Source of the DNA: an archaeon
GTDB lineage: Archaea > Nanobdellota > Nanobdellia > Pacearchaeales > GW2011-AR1
DNA length: 64,000 nucleotides
Direction of reading: 5' to 3'
Assembly: GCA_043810775.1 (NCBI GenBank)
Contig: JBDRNU010000026.1
Span: 4,639-68,638 of the forward strand
In this document: positions 36,175-44,126 of the stretch, piece by piece
How positions within the stretch are numbered: position 1 is the stretch's first letter
Layout: each line of letters opens with the position of its first letter
The notes under the pieces: model-generated
The model's database searches: none
What the model saw: the letters and a program-made list of their open reading frames with translations, nothing else
What the model was told of the DNA's origin: nothing
Translations under genes and position numbers: made by a program

Positions 36175-37320
36175 ATGCACAATTCAACTTCTTCACTGTC
36201 TGTAAAAGAACTTGAAAACCTGTTAACAGAAGGTAGATTTCCAATTACTCCAAAATCTGAGCAAAAAAAATTTATAAGAGACCCAATAAGTAGAGACATT
36301 GTAGTATTTTGCCCAGAAAGAGACCAAATTCCAGCTAATATAACAGAGCTTCAAACAACTCTGGCTCAAACTAAAGATAAATCTCAAAGCTGCAGAATCT
36401 GCGAAGGAAAAACAACAAAGATTGAAGGTGTAAAAAGAACTGGTCAAGATACTTTTACATTTTATAATAAAAACCCATTCCCAGCACTAAGTCGAACTGG
36501 AATTGAAAATATCCTTCCAGATTCTTCAGAACCAACAAAAAAACTCGTGGGTGAAAACTATTTATTATGGGTATCTAATGAGCATAAAGATATCCACCAA
36601 CTATCTCATAAAGAGCATCAGGCCTGTTTTGAACTGCTTGCAGAACTTGAAGGAGAACTCCACGGAACCGGATTTGTTTATATTTTTAAAAACACTGGAG
36701 CAGAAGCAGGAGCCTCTCAAGAACACGGGCACTATCAAATAGAATTTCTGAATACTCTTCCAAGAATAATTGAAGAAAACAAAAAATTTGCAATGACATT
36801 TAATAAATCAAGAGTAGCTCACTGGCTAGACTCAACACCCAAAGAACTCGAAGTTAAAGATTATGAAAATGCAAGAATAATAATCCCTCCATTTATGAAA
36901 ACACCTTGGAGAGCTATAATTCTTGCAAAAACAAATCATCCTGATAAAATGCTTAATCTAAGAGGTTGTATGGAGGATGGAGGCATACAAGACCTTGCCG
37001 CAGCTACTTCTGATATGGCTTATGCCCTAAGTCTGCTAATGCCTGCTCGGGGTTTTCCACTTTCTTATAAGCTCATTTTCCACACACAGCACACCCACCT
37101 GGGAAGAACAGGCCAGATGTATATAGAAGTTATACCTCTTCTGCAAAAAATGGGAGGGTCAGAAGAAGGAGGAGTTTATTTTCCCAAAGATTCCCCTCAA
37201 AAAGCATCAGAAAGATACCGAAGATGTTTTGATAATTATATCTTTGGAAGAGAAGAAGATTCCAGCCAGCCCTCTTCCAATGAAGTATTTAAAAATTGTA
37301 TAGCCCCACTATTAAACTAA
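36175..37320 (+). CDS. GalT-like HIT-superfamily nucleotidyltransferase
   Basis: CRICEGK (zinc-site-like) and QEHGHYQIEF (H-x-H-x-Q, as in galactose-1-phosphate uridylyltransferase). Substrate unknown. Confidence 0.5.
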   Translation: MHNSTSSLSVKELENLLTEGRFPITPKSEQKKFIRDPISRDIVVFCPERDQIPANITELQTTLAQTKDKSQSCRICEGKTTKIEGVKRTGQDTFTFYNKNPFPALSRTGIENILPDSSEPTKKLVGENYLLWVSNEHKDIHQLSHKEHQACFELLAELEGELHGTGFVYIFKNTGAEAGASQEHGHYQIEFLNTLPRIIEENKKFAMTFNKSRVAHWLDSTPKELEVKDYENARIIIPPFMKTPWRAIILAKTNHPDKMLNLRGCMEDGGIQDLAAATSDMAYALSLLMPARGFPLSYKLIFHTQHTHLGRTGQMYIEVIPLLQKMGGSEEGGVYFPKDSPQKASERYRRCFDNYIFGREEDSSQPSSNEVFKNCIAPLLN

Positions 37321-37330
37321 AAGAAGTAAA

Positions 37331-37996
37331 TTACTTATTGAAAATTTCTTCCCTGACTTTCTTTCCGTATTTATGGGCAAGAACAATTGGTTCAGGAAGC
37401 TTATGTGGCTTGACTATATATTTCTTAGTGAATTCAATCGCACTCTTTAAGCTTACTAAATTTCCAGGGCTGACATAAATAGGCTTGCTTCCTTCCTTAC
37501 TGACTAAAACCTTTCCAACTTCCTTGCCATCTAATAAAACACTTTCACCTTTTTCCTCACCTATGACCAAATTATCAGCAACACCAATTGCAGGAGATCC
37601 AGTAGCAATCGAAAAATGACTTGCTAATCCTAATCTCACATGAGCAGTACCATGCCCATGAATAAACATAATTTCTGGCTTCACTTCAAGCTTATCATAA
37701 CAAGATACCATTGAAGGTAGCTCTCTATAAGCCCTAAATCCTGAGATATAAGGGAATTTAAGTTTGTCTGAAAAATACTCCTGAGCAACAATCTCTCCAT
37801 CCCTATCTACCACAACAATAGCAGAAATTATCTTATTCTCAAAAAAAATATTATCGCATCCACCTACTAATTCTACTTCAGAAAAATCTCGAGAATCCTT
37901 AATACTCAAAGTCTTCGCTAGCTTAATCTGCTCATCCTCCAGTTTTTTCAAATTAATATTATACTTTTCAGCTACATCTTCAGGTTTCATGTTCAC
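37331..37996 (-). CDS. nfi: Endonuclease V
   Basis: VGGCDNIF..., FRAYRELP and IHGHGTAHVRLGLASHFSIATGSPAIGVAD match the Nfi family. Confidence 0.85.
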   Translation of the reverse strand: MNMKPEDVAEKYNINLKKLEDEQIKLAKTLSIKDSRDFSEVELVGGCDNIFFENKIISAIVVVDRDGEIVAQEYFSDKLKFPYISGFRAYRELPSMVSCYDKLEVKPEIMFIHGHGTAHVRLGLASHFSIATGSPAIGVADNLVIGEEKGESVLLDGKEVGKVLVSKEGSKPIYVSPGNLVSLKSAIEFTKKYIVKPHKLPEPIVLAHKYGKKVREEIFNK

Positions 37997-38109
37997 GCTC
38001 TTTACAAAATATATACAAAGGTATTTAAACTTAAATATATAATAAAATATTAATTAAAAATCTTTCTCTAATCCAAGGGAAGGAACGTGAGTGTCTTAAT
38101 TAAGATAAA

Positions 38110-38808
38110 ATGTCAATATTTAGTAAAAAATGCGGAAGATGCAATAAAGAATTAGCCAAGAATTTTGAGTTCTGCCCATTTTGCGGAGCTAATCTTAGAA
38201 AACAAAAAGAAGAACAAAACTTCGGACTGCTCGGAAGAGAAGATAACTTCTTCGATATGAATATGGTCAGAATGCCTTTTGGATTTAACAAGCTATTTAA
38301 CTCACTAGTCAAAGAGCTGGATAAACAGTTTAAAGAACTAGACAAAGAAATGACCCACGAAATAAAGGAAAAGAAAGTGAAAAAACCTCAGCAGTTTCCT
38401 AATAATTCTGGGATTAGCATAAAAATATCAACTTCAACTGGCAAGCAGCCAGAAATAAATATTTCTGGATTTGGTCCAGAGTTTGAAAAAATTAAAGATG
38501 ATATTGAGGAAAAGCCGGTCATAAGAGCACATATTACAGATGAACAAGCCAAAAAATACTCTAAACTTCCAAAAAAAGAAGCCATGACTAAGGTTCGCAG
38601 GCTTAGCAACAAAATAGTTTATGAAATTACCTTGCCCGGAGTAAAATCCCTAAAAGAAGTAATAATTAATAAACTTGAAAATAGTATTGAAATAAAAGCA
38701 TTTAGCAAAGACTCTGCGTATTTCAAACTCCTTCCTGTAAATCTTCCTCTTGTTGATTATAAATTACAAGATGAAAAACTAATTTTAGAATTGCAAACTA
38801 ATCAATAA
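38110..38808 (+). CDS. Zinc-ribbon protein with C-terminal HSP20/alpha-crystallin-like domain
   Basis: CGRCNKEL...CPFCG at the N-terminus. The C-terminal VYEITLPGVKSLKEVIINKLENSIEIKAF...KLILEL resembles an ACD/CS beta-sandwich. Confidence 0.55.
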   Translation: MSIFSKKCGRCNKELAKNFEFCPFCGANLRKQKEEQNFGLLGREDNFFDMNMVRMPFGFNKLFNSLVKELDKQFKELDKEMTHEIKEKKVKKPQQFPNNSGISIKISTSTGKQPEINISGFGPEFEKIKDDIEEKPVIRAHITDEQAKKYSKLPKKEAMTKVRRLSNKIVYEITLPGVKSLKEVIINKLENSIEIKAFSKDSAYFKLLPVNLPLVDYKLQDEKLILELQTNQ

Positions 38809-38811
38809 AAA

Positions 38812-39318
38812 TCAATTATTAATTCTAGAACCTGATAATATCTTCTCTGTTTTATCTAGTTCGCCTCTAAATTGTTCAGGAGTATAAATCTGCCTTTCAT
38901 CATCAAAAATATAGCTTATTTCTCCATCTAGCTTCAATGAATCATATAATCCTTTTGTTGCACTAAGCACCTCTCTTGCCAGTTTACTATCACAAAAACT
39001 CGCATGGCTTCCACTGCTCACTTCAGCAACTAAAAAAAGATCTTTGCCTTTTAAATAATCTGGAAGAGTTTCTAAATCTAAATTTCCCCATTGCCATAAA
39101 CCAACTAATTCATCAGGCACATCAATAAAAGGCTGTTCTCTGCAAAGTAGTCTCCCATCACCTTTTGAAAACTTAGTCCACCCCTCTCTCTTGTCATAAA
39201 AGCAATTAAAAGCTGGATAAATACTTCTTAATAGTTCAGAAACACTGCTTCTTACATTAGCAAAATCTATTTCAGTTTCACCAACAGCTAAAATCTTTCC
39301 TTGCAATGAATGGCTCAT
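38812..39318 (-). CDS. Hypothetical protein
   Basis: 168-aa ORF. Confidence 0.4.
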   Translation of the reverse strand: MSHSLQGKILAVGETEIDFANVRSSVSELLRSIYPAFNCFYDKREGWTKFSKGDGRLLCREQPFIDVPDELVGLWQWGNLDLETLPDYLKGKDLFLVAEVSSGSHASFCDSKLAREVLSATKGLYDSLKLDGEISYIFDDERQIYTPEQFRGELDKTEKILSGSRINN

Positions 39319-39365
39319 CCTGGTTTAAACAAGTAAACAGTTTATAAGAATTATTATACTTGAAC

Positions 39366-40130
39366 TCAATAAAAATATTTCAAAGCTTCTTCAATACTTC
39401 CAACCTCTATGACTTGGACTCCAGTTTCTTCAGTAAGATTGACTTTTCTTGGCTTAGTTTCAGTAGTGCACAGCTCACTAGTGCCAAAAGTCTCGCAAGA
39501 ATCTTCAGATTCATACACTATATCTCTGCTTTGTAATAAAGGAACTAAAAAAGTCTTAGCACCAGCATCTCCTGCAGCTTTTGCCTTTGCAAGTATCTCT
39601 GAAACAGGACCTATGCTTCCATCCCTATTTATAGTTCCAGTAATCATTACATCCTCCCTTACACTCTTGCCTTCGATAGCAGCAATAGTTGCAATTGCCA
39701 GTGCCGCTCCTGCACTCGGCCCACCAATAATACTCGCATTTGCCTTTATAGAATAAATTAAATCATAATTATTTACATCTTCTTCAGAAAGTTCTCCTGC
39801 AACTAACCTGGCTATTCTTATGCTATGCTGAGTATCTGCCCAAAAAAGAAGATTATCTATATCAGTAAGAGTTCTCCCGCTTCCAGGCATTGCCTCAACA
39901 AAAAGAACAGTGCTAACACCATTACCATCAGAATCAACAGCAGGAAGCATCATACTCAGTAAAGTTAAATCCCCTTCCTGAATAAAAACAGGCTCAAACT
40001 TGCCTTCATTTTCAATATTTAATTCACTAGGGCTATAAATCACTAAAAGAAGCTCCAAGACAATTAAAATAAAAACTATAGCTAGCAAATACCTCCAAAA
40101 ATAATTCTTAGTGACGCTCTTTTTAACCAT
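39366..40130 (-). CDS. Membrane-anchored S16 (Lon C-terminal proteolytic domain) serine protease
   Basis: N-terminal TM helix. IGGPSAGAALAIATIAAIEG (catalytic Ser context) and GPVSEILAKAKAAGDAGAKTFLVP (Lys). Confidence 0.75.
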   Translation of the reverse strand: MVKKSVTKNYFWRYLLAIVFILIVLELLLVIYSPSELNIENEGKFEPVFIQEGDLTLLSMMLPAVDSDGNGVSTVLFVEAMPGSGRTLTDIDNLLFWADTQHSIRIARLVAGELSEEDVNNYDLIYSIKANASIIGGPSAGAALAIATIAAIEGKSVREDVMITGTINRDGSIGPVSEILAKAKAAGDAGAKTFLVPLLQSRDIVYESEDSCETFGTSELCTTETKPRKVNLTEETGVQVIEVGSIEEALKYFY

Positions 40131-40138
40131 TTCTGATA

Positions 40139-41209
40139 TTATTGAAAAACCTCAATCTTATCAGACAAAAAACCTTTAATAAGTTTTGCCTTTTTATCGT
40201 CAATTCCATCAAGTCTCACAAGCTCGCTAGTGTCAGAATAAAGAATTCGTTTTAATTCCTTAAAATTACTAATTAATAAATCAATCTCATTTTTATTAAG
40301 GGGAGATTTAGAAAGCAGCCTATAACCTAAAGGGCCAAAATTAATCTTACCTTCATCTTGCCCATTATTTCTGGAGTAATTGTCTATTATTTTTTTAGAC
40401 TGCTCAAATGTGGGAGTCTTTAAAGATTTAATTTTCCTAATTACATCATCTGTACGAAAGTAGCGGTCATAATCTTTCTTTAGATTATTAATTTCCTCCT
40501 TTAAACCACTAGTCACAATATTATACCTCGCTTTAAGAGTCTCTCCATACTTGCCAAGCTCCCCAATATAAATTGAACTCATTTCACAATCTCTAAAAAA
40601 TAAAATTAATCTATTAATAATTTGAGCTAAATCACTAACACTGACTAAAGAAGAAACTTCAAGCAAATCAAACTTCTTTAAGTACATATTTAACTCCACC
40701 CTCTGCCCTTCCAAGTTTTCTACAACTTCTCTAGCCTTATATAAAAGTTCACTTAAATCACTAAGTACATGCCTCTGATTTCCATAATATACTGAAATCA
40801 AAGAAGATTTTTCTGAAACAGAAATAACAATAGTGCCAAGTTGTTTGGCAGCTCTCTCAGCAGCCTTGTGCCTAGTGCCTGTCTCCTCACTTTTAATCTT
40901 AGAGTCAGGAATAAGCAAAGCATTGGCATATAAAATCTTCTTAAGTTTTGAGTCAACAATTATTGCACCATCCATCTTAGCTAGCTCAGCAAGCTTGTTT
41001 GAAGTAAATCTAGAATTAATTGCAAAACCTCCATCAGCAATATCTTTTGCAGACTCAGATAAGACAATTAAAGCCCCCCTATTAGATTTGGAAATTCTCT
41101 CTAAAGCTTCCCTAAGCTCACTACCATAAGAAAAAAGCTTCAGGACATCAGCCAGATGATAGTCTTCCATAATCTTATTTTCAACCAGTTTTTTTTGAGC
41201 AGTTTCCAT
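40139..41209 (-). CDS. disA: DisA-type diadenylate cyclase (DAC domain, helical linker, C-terminal HhH)
   Basis: GALIVL, MDGAIIVDS and ETGTRHKAAERAAKQLGTIVISVSEKSSLISVY (DGA and RHR-type DAC motifs). About 356 aa, with C-terminal LVRLDGIDDKKAKLIKGFL. Confidence 0.8.
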   Translation of the reverse strand: METAQKKLVENKIMEDYHLADVLKLFSYGSELREALERISKSNRGALIVLSESAKDIADGGFAINSRFTSNKLAELAKMDGAIIVDSKLKKILYANALLIPDSKIKSEETGTRHKAAERAAKQLGTIVISVSEKSSLISVYYGNQRHVLSDLSELLYKAREVVENLEGQRVELNMYLKKFDLLEVSSLVSVSDLAQIINRLILFFRDCEMSSIYIGELGKYGETLKARYNIVTSGLKEEINNLKKDYDRYFRTDDVIRKIKSLKTPTFEQSKKIIDNYSRNNGQDEGKINFGPLGYRLLSKSPLNKNEIDLLISNFKELKRILYSDTSELVRLDGIDDKKAKLIKGFLSDKIEVFQ

Positions 41210-41367
41210 CTTAACCTCTTTTGTTCACAAAAGATAAACCTTGCCAATATTTATAATTTTCTCTTATGACAAGTTCAAATTAATTGAAATAGATTTTTTA
41301 CTTTTAAACCTTTGTTACCACTTAAAGAATTAGAAATGTTAGATGTTAGGGCGTTGATGAAAATCAA

Positions 41368-41667
41368 TTACTTATTTCTCTTTTTATACATATCAGTCCA
41401 TTCTTCACTCAAAGGCCATCCTTCAAATTTTTCACAAGGAAAAAGCTCACAATCTTTTGAACAAACTTCAAGCTTTTTCTTAACACAACATTCTAAAACA
41501 GGGCAACCAACTCCTTCTTTATTTAATTTATCTACTGCCTCTTGTGTTTTTGTGCAACCTTTACAAATACCTTTTACATGAAGACCACAAGTTGTGCAAC
41601 AAATCCCACAACACCCCACTAAAAGAGCCTTATCTTGTTTAGGATTTTGCTGTTCCATATTACTCAA
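41368..41667 (-). CDS. Small Cys-rich protein (DUF3795-like)
   Basis: GCCGICCTTCG...CKGC...CPVLECC...C pattern. Confidence 0.55.
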   Translation of the reverse strand: MSNMEQQNPKQDKALLVGCCGICCTTCGLHVKGICKGCTKTQEAVDKLNKEGVGCPVLECCVKKKLEVCSKDCELFPCEKFEGWPLSEEWTDMYKKRNK

Positions 41668-41758
41668 TTAAAATTAAAGTTTATAGACTTTCCGTTCAAA
41701 CTTCCCGCTTCACCTCCAAAAATAAAAATTCTCGTTCAAATCCAAAAGGCGAACCATT

Positions 41759-41905
41759 AACTAACTCTATGCAGGAAGTTAATGTGGTGAGGTAATATCT
41801 TACATCAGTAAGATTTAGTCTCGCCTCTTCAGAATTCCTTTGAATTCTGAGAGTCGTCAAGAATCTTTGATTCTTGAGATTTGCCAAGCTTTTTAAAGCT
41901 TGACT
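41759..41905. mobile_element. Hairpin-rich non-coding repeat element, copy C (147 nt, extended), abutting tRNA-Ile
   Basis: Same termini as copies A and B (AACTAACTCTATGCAGGAAGTTAAT ... AAAGCTTGACT). A 56-nt internal block adds two extra hairpins. It ends 1 nt from the tRNA-Ile 3' end. Confidence 0.55.
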
Positions 41906-41906
41906 A

Positions 41907-41994
41907 TGAGCCTGCACGGATTTGAACCGTGGACCCCTGCCTGTCTGAGTTTACATATCAGAGCAGTGCTCTAACCTGGCTGAGCTACAGGCTC
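41907..41994 (-). tRNA. tRNA-Ile (anticodon GAU) with a 13-nt intron at the canonical 37/38 position
   Basis: Manual fold: acceptor GAGCCTG/CAGGCTC, D arm GCTC-AGCCAGGTTA-GAGC, anticodon stem CTGCT/GGCAG enclosing 20 nt (7-nt loop CTGATAA plus intron TGTAAACTCAGAC), T arm CACGG-TTCAAAT-CCGTG. Confidence 0.8.
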
Positions 41995-42107
41995 ATAAGT
42001 CTGTAGAAAGCATAAACTCTCAAACTACTACAGGCTCATAAAGAAACAACTTTTCTACCATTTAAAATACTTACGATTATAGAAAAGTAAAAAAATAAAA
42101 GAAAAAG

Positions 42108-42446
42108 TTAGCTAGATTGAATAACTAACTTGATTCCAGTCACTAAAGCCCAAACCCAAGCTACAGCTATAATCAAAGCTCCAAGATAAAAAACTACTAT
42201 TAAAACAAAAGCTCCAATAATAGTAAGCACGAGTTGCCAAATTCCTGCCTTAACTTTTCCCCCCACCAAGCTTCCAACTCCTGGAATTAAAATATTCAGT
42301 ATCAAAGCAACCACTGCTAAAAGCAAGTCACCCCCTCCCTTCTTTAAAACAACTGGCTGAGGTAATTTCCTTGGCGCAGCTTTTTTTGCAGCCCGAGATT
42401 TCTTCGCTCTAGTCGCTGATTTTTTAGATTTTTTCTTTGCAGGCAT
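42108..42446 (-). CDS. Small membrane protein with Lys/Ala-rich N-terminal tail
   Basis: MPAKKKSKKSATRAKKSRAAKKAAPRK followed by two or three TM helices. I prefer the ATG at 42446 (AAGGAGGT 10 nt upstream) over the track start at 42491. Confidence 0.45.
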   Translation of the reverse strand: MPAKKKSKKSATRAKKSRAAKKAAPRKLPQPVVLKKGGGDLLLAVVALILNILIPGVGSLVGGKVKAGIWQLVLTIIGAFVLIVVFYLGALIIAVAWVWALVTGIKLVIQSS

Positions 42447-42509
42447 CCTACCATTTACCTCCTTTTTATATCTTATAATACCATCAAACATTTATAAAGC
42501 TTCGTAAGG

Positions 42510-42518
42510 TTTAAAAAA
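42510..42518 (+). promoter_or_regulatory. TATA-box-like TTTAAAAAA upstream of the eL15 gene
   Basis: Centred about 32 nt upstream of the ATG at 42546. Confidence 0.35.
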
Positions 42519-42545
42519 CACCTTTTACATCAATCTTAAAGAAAA

Positions 42546-43106
42546 ATGGCAAAAAAAGCGTATGATTTTATAAAAGAAAACTTAAGGGTAGGTTTAAGGG
42601 AAAAAATGATAGCCTGGCGAGCTGGAGATTCTATAACAAGAATAGACAAGCCAACTGATATAGGTAGGGCTAGAAATCTTGGATATAAAGCTAAAAAAGG
42701 ATTTGCAATAGTGCGGATAAAACTAAGAAGAGGTGGCCATAAAAGGTCTCGTCCTAATAAAGGAAGAAGGTCAAAAAGGCTCTCAATTAGAAAAAATCTA
42801 AAAATGAATTATCAATGGATTGCTGAACAAAGAGCAGCTAAAAAATTTAGCAACCTGGAAGTTTTAAATTCATACAAAATCGGAAAAGATGGAATGCACT
42901 ACTTTTTTGAAATTATAATGATAGATCCGTCTAGACCAGAAATAAAAGCAGACAAAAACCTTTCATGGATATCCAAGCCTGCTAACACAAAACGTGTATT
43001 TCGTGGACTTACTTCAGCTGGCAAAAAATCCAGGGGTTTGAGAAGCAAGTCTCGCAATCTAAAAGTCAGGCCAAGCCTAACCGCCTGGGGCCATAAAGGC
43101 AAGTAA
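42546..43106 (+). CDS. rpl15e: Ribosomal protein eL15 (L15e)
   Basis: RIDKPTDIGRARNLGYKAKKGFAIVRIKLRRGGHKRSRPNKGRRSKR is typical of L15e. Confidence 0.9.
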   Translation: MAKKAYDFIKENLRVGLREKMIAWRAGDSITRIDKPTDIGRARNLGYKAKKGFAIVRIKLRRGGHKRSRPNKGRRSKRLSIRKNLKMNYQWIAEQRAAKKFSNLEVLNSYKIGKDGMHYFFEIIMIDPSRPEIKADKNLSWISKPANTKRVFRGLTSAGKKSRGLRSKSRNLKVRPSLTAWGHKGK

Positions 43107-43154
43107 ATTCTAGAATATACAAATTATTTTAAATATAAGTTTCTAAAAAATAAA

Positions 43155-43616
43155 ATGACAGATTTTACTCAACTAAAAAGATATTCTTCCTGGAGAGGCA
43201 TAAAAAGTTTTCAAGACATAAAAAACCTGTATTATTCAAAACAAGCCAGAAGACATGCATATAGTTTTAATTTTGATGAAGCTGTAAAATATGTTTCAAA
43301 AACTTCACCCCCAGAATTTCAAGAACAACTAACTCTCGCCATTTTACTTGGAGTTTCAGTAAGGACAATTATGATACAAAGAGGAAAACCAGGAGATAAT
43401 GCACTTTTATTTAAAATTATGAGGAATAAAGAAGATTATGACAGAGATACAGAACTAGCAGGAAATTCTAGCCCTGAAAGAATTACACTGCATGTAGATA
43501 AGGATTTTGCAGAAATTCAGGGAATTGAAAAAATAGTAAGCAAAGTTATCCCCCTAGATAATCCTTTGCTTCAGCACTATCAAAGATTAAAAGAGAAAAG
43601 TGGGCAAGTAAAATAA
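43155..43616 (+). CDS. Hypothetical protein
   Basis: 153-aa ORF. Confidence 0.4.
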   Translation: MTDFTQLKRYSSWRGIKSFQDIKNLYYSKQARRHAYSFNFDEAVKYVSKTSPPEFQEQLTLAILLGVSVRTIMIQRGKPGDNALLFKIMRNKEDYDRDTELAGNSSPERITLHVDKDFAEIQGIEKIVSKVIPLDNPLLQHYQRLKEKSGQVK

Positions 43617-43664
43617 ATTCTACAATACACAAATTATTATAAAGCAGAAAAAAGTAAAATAAAA

Positions 43665-44087
43665 ATGACAGCATTGAAGCCAGGAAAATTATATAATATA
43701 ACAGGCAAACGAAGAATTATACATTATAGGGAAGAAGATTGTTACAATTACATAATCAATGGTTGCTTGTATGTAAGAGAAGAAGAATTAAACTGTGAAG
43801 TCACAGAAAATACTGGAAAATGGAATGTATTCTTTCATCCAAATCCTATTCAAAGGCTAAGATTTCAGCCTCACTCACTAATTTCACAAGATTCCAATAT
43901 TCTAACAGTTCGCGAATTCGTGGAAAGAGATTTAATGACAGACAACACCACTGGAAAATACAACTTTGAAAATCCTGAAATAATCTCCTTCCTTAAAGAA
44001 TCAAGAAAACTCGCTGAAAATTTGCAAGAACCAAGAGAAAAATCTAGATTCCTAAGAGCACTAGACACACTTTTAGGTAAGCCTTAA
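43665..44087 (+). CDS. Hypothetical protein
   Basis: 140-aa ORF. Confidence 0.4.
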   Translation: MTALKPGKLYNITGKRRIIHYREEDCYNYIINGCLYVREEELNCEVTENTGKWNVFFHPNPIQRLRFQPHSLISQDSNILTVREFVERDLMTDNTTGKYNFENPEIISFLKESRKLAENLQEPREKSRFLRALDTLLGKP

Positions 44088-44126
44088 AAACTTCTTTTTC
44101 TTATTATCTAAAAGGAAAAAACTAAC

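Noticed and set aside
41731-41758. GTTCAAATCC...GAACCA string left of element copy C looked like a tRNA T-loop and 3' end (possible att duplication or split tRNA half)
   Set aside because: The flanking bases do not form a T stem or acceptor stem, and it does not match the tRNA-Ile 3' end. Treated as chance similarity.
41696-41917. 73-aa minus-strand ORF in the track
   Set aside because: It spans repeat element copy C and runs into tRNA-Ile. The sequence is explained by the non-coding element and hairpins, and it has no coding-like features.
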